The notes beneath the pieces are model-generated. The model was not told the DNA's origin. It saw only the letters and a list, made by a program, of their open reading frames with translations, and did no database searches. From Strigamia acuminata (taxonomy: Eukaryota): a stretch of DNA of 64,000 nt. The position numbers were made by a program, and so were the translations under genes. The stretch lies in contig OX442314.1 in assembly GCA_949358305.1 (NCBI GenBank), forward strand, positions 32,426,001 through 32,490,000, in the 5' to 3' direction. Shown one piece after another: positions 60,526 through 64,000 of the stretch. How positions within the stretch are numbered: position 1 is the stretch's first letter; the number at the start of each line of letters is the position of its first letter.

Positions 60526-62115
60526 TGTGACGGTTACACTGTCATACACTTTGTTAGTTAGGACGTTTATTTTGTCAATAGATGGCGCTGATACGTTTTA
60601 GCGGCAATTTCAAATTTCGACAATTTTTGAGTGAATAAAATATAAATTACTATTTATATTTTATTCCACTGCGACTTTATACACTTTTAAATACTTTTGG
60701 ATGTTTAAATACTAGTTGATTTATTTGTCACATAATTCTATTGAATTATGTGCAAACTCTACACCTGGTGAAGTCACCCCCCATCACCCACTGTGAGTTG
60801 GACTCCTTTTGGATTATAGTCAAAGGGACTTAATCCAAAATGTGTCCTGCGTATCCAGTTCCTGTAGTGGACCTAGTAGAAGACTATGTCCTGAGTATCC
60901 ACTTCCTGTGATCTAGGATTGGATGGATTTGACTGCCCAGTGATCCCATTGGATCACTGAACAGCTATTCTCCTCACCGAGTATATATCCCCCTGCAAAA
61001 CGGATATAGCTCGCTCTTGTTCTGTTTTTGTTTGATACTGATATTACTTGAGCACATATTATACTTCTCTGCGTTCCGACAATCCGTTGTAGAAATACTT
61101 TGTATTTAGTGTAAGTATCTAGAGTGGGTAGAAGACTCACAGACACACTGCCCGCCTCTTCATGCCAACATTCCGTTGTAGAAATGTCGTAACTAGAGTG
61201 AGTAATTCACAGACACATTTAAGTGTAGGATCTAGAGTGGGGTACAACCCACAGACGCACTCCCTCCAGCTTCATGCCAACATTCCGTTGTAGAATGCAG
61301 AATCTAGAGTGGAGTAAAAATCACAGACGCATTGGTAATGTAGAATCTAGAGTGGAGTATTTAATATTCCACAGACACATTATCAGAGTAATCGACGCGG
61401 AGTAATTTCCCGGTTACTCTCCCGCCAGCCAGGACCGAGTGGAGTAATTTCCCGGCGATGGATAACCTTTCCTGCGAGATATTTCGATTCAATTCGTTAT
61501 TGGTTTGACGGAACATTTAAGTCTAACTTAGATGTTGATTGCACTCGGGGCAAAAAATAGCTCGGCGCTATTTTAATATATTTTACTTATTTTCACAGTT
61601 TAAGTTAAGTTTGTGACTCTAAAATATCATGATTAATTCCATAGAATTAATATGACTATTTATTCTCACATTGTTACATCTCGCGGTAATTATTGATTAC
61701 AACAATTATCTGCGATGCGATGTGTGTGACGATACAGAAAAGTCAACCGCACCTCTCGGATATAACCCACCCAGCCTAACCATTTACACGCCTTTTAGAA
61801 CCAAACCCCGGACCATTTAGAAGCCAAAGCCATTCATAGATGACATCTTTTACGTCACAGCAATAAGACCGTTACAAATTCTTATTGCATGACTGAAGCC
61901 TTCAAATGATATTATTTCAGGGCTTTTGCCAAATAACTGTATAGTTTAACTTATCGTCATTTTAGCCACTTGTAGGCATAGTATTTATATAAGGTTCAAA
62001 CCGGAATAAATGTTATATGTTTTGAGAAAACATCAGGTTTGCATATTTTACATTTTCACACAGATAGTTCACACTTTAGTTTAGCAATTGCTATCTCCAG
62101 AAGGTAATCGTCACA
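60526..62115. mobile_element. 1.6 kb solo LTR-like insertion
   Basis: TGTGACGGTTAC...GTAATCGTCACA termini; 4 bp TSD ACTG; absent at the paralogous site near 10125. Confidence 0.8.
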
Positions 62116-64000
62116 ACTGCTTTTTCACACATGAACAGAAACATCACACGGATGCTTCACACCATTGCAACTTGAGTGACGTTTATCCATTTTTAGATCT
62201 AGAATCAGACGTGTTAGAAATTAAAATTTTGTTTGGTTTTCGGCCAATAAAATATATTGTACTCCCCTAATCTGTGTTCTCGGAGCTCATTTCTACTGAA
62301 CAGGTTAGACCGATTTAGTTCATTAAAAGATGATAAAAATTGAACCAAGATGACGCTAAAACATGAATGAAACTATGAAACTATCAAAAGTTCTAGTAAG
62401 TGAGAAGAGTAACCGAAAAATGAAAATTAGTTTTTGTACTTTTTTTATTCTACAGTTTTCGTATGGCGAGAAATGAACTTAAAAAAATGTTTGAATGTGA
62501 AGCGTGTTTGTCGGAGTTTAGTTATTTCTTCGTCAGATGGCGATACTCGGTTGAACTACACGACAATATGGATGCAGCGAAATTGAGATCGACGAGTTCA
62601 ACTTTGGCTGATACAGTAAAGATTGTTCAAAGAAACTGGATCAAACATTTCCTGATGTGATGAAATATTCTATTTTTTAGATTGACTGAGCTGCGTATAA
62701 TACATTTCAAGTCTCACGTGGCATTCCGAAGAAGGGTTCAAAACTCGGTCGACTGAAATGACGTGTTAAAATGAACAAGGCTGAACATGTGCTGATTACC
62801 CGAGTAAGCAACAAAATTGATACGAAATCAAACATTATTCACAAATTTCAGACTGAATGGATCAACTTTGGTTGTTTTTCCTTTTCCTTTTTATTTGGTT
62901 TAGTTGGAAAAATGAGTAGAAGCGACAGTAGGCTTTACTTTTATTTATTACAGGAAAAATATTTACAAAAACAATCTTGTTTCATTTGTCATAGTGTGCC
63001 TGCAAGTAAAACTTTGCACAGTAAATTAATACAAATAATTTTTGAATGATTAATATTTCAAGTTGTGAATGTGGAACCGCGTCTATCTTCTGCTGTACAA
63101 CTATACTGGAATCGGTATCCTTTCACGCTTCGATGTCATTATTCTACGTCATTTCTGCTACAAAAAAAATCGTTACAGCTGTGTTGTTTTCCTTTTCCAG
63201 CGCATATAAAAACGTCAAAAGAAGAAAATTTTGTTATTGGACCCGCCCTCAGGCTCGCTTCCAGGCCTCTGGTTAGAACCTTGGACATTCACGACATGTT
63301 TGTTGATTGTAGACTCCGCATGCCAATTATTTCATAACTTATTAATTTAAATCGAGTTAACTGGGCAACAGTTGCCAAAGCAAATCACCAGCAAATGAAT
63401 AATTAACATAGTGTGGTCGTGTATTTTGTATCGTGCATGTTGTGATTAACGATCAGACGTGGACAACTTGGATAATGAACGTTCTAAGGATTTGTTTCGT
63501 TTGCTTCTTTTCTGGATTTATCGGCATTTCAAACAGTAATCTTTTAAGATTTATATAAATTGAAAAATAATCAGGAAATTTAAAGAAATTCTGGCAACTA
63601 ATCAGGGTATGTGTACATTTACCTTTAATTTTAGCACGGGAAAACACTTCTTTAGCTAACTTACACTTTGCTGACTATGATGAACTCGATTTTCATTTAT
63701 CTAAAATTGTACAAATCACAAACACGAGAAGAATACACATTATTTATAATCAGGATGATTATGGTTAGTAAAAATCCCAAATTTTATTTAGGTTTATGTT
63801 TTTAATTATCTTCTGTTCCTATTTTAGTTTTAAACTGTTTGACGAAATTAATCCGTTTTAATTGGATTGGAAAAATTCAAATGTCAGCACAACGATTCAG
63901 TAATGCGTCATTGGATTTCGATTATACTCCTTTTCAGCTGATTCTCATCTGGATAGAAAGTTTTGAGCAGGTAAAATTCTAATCATCATTCTAGTTATAT
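62116..64000 (+). repeat. Segmental duplicate of the IR-A to IR-B spacer
   Basis: Colinear with about 10123-10410, 10859-10948, 17085-17380 and 19266-20390 once insertions are removed. Confidence 0.9.
63828..63970 (+). CDS. First clear coding exon of ionotropic receptor copy D (rest outside window)
   Basis: 143 bp AG/GT-bounded exon nearly identical to IR-B exon 20218-20360. Confidence 0.8.

Overview
AT-rich, intron-containing animal DNA, most likely arthropod. The backbone is a + strand tandem array of four divergent ionotropic receptor (IR, iGluR-family) genes: A (3' six exons, to 10025), B (about 20218-24437), C (about 27039-60462, with a 29 kb intron) and D (one exon, from 63828). They form a duplicated two-gene cassette (A~C, B~D). 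Introns and spacers are packed with nested mobile DNA: a Ty3/Gypsy element interrupted by a 2.6 kb Gag-protease mini-element; a THAP/P-superfamily transposon inside a 1,130 bp inverted duplication; an 18.4 kb Gypsy-type element with a catalytically dead pol and an extra Zn-finger ORF, itself interrupted by an RT-less Copia-type element; an intact BEL/Pao element; solo LTRs and MITEs. Most unusual: (1) five TAR-like bulged hairpins with covarying stems in an LTR whose Gag carries Arg-rich motifs; (2) young LTR elements with long open but enzymatically dead ORFs; (3) IRs that appear to lack the re-entrant pore segment; (4) a P-element footprint plus inverted duplication that captured host DNA. 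Exon and boundary coordinates were read by eye; no searches were run.
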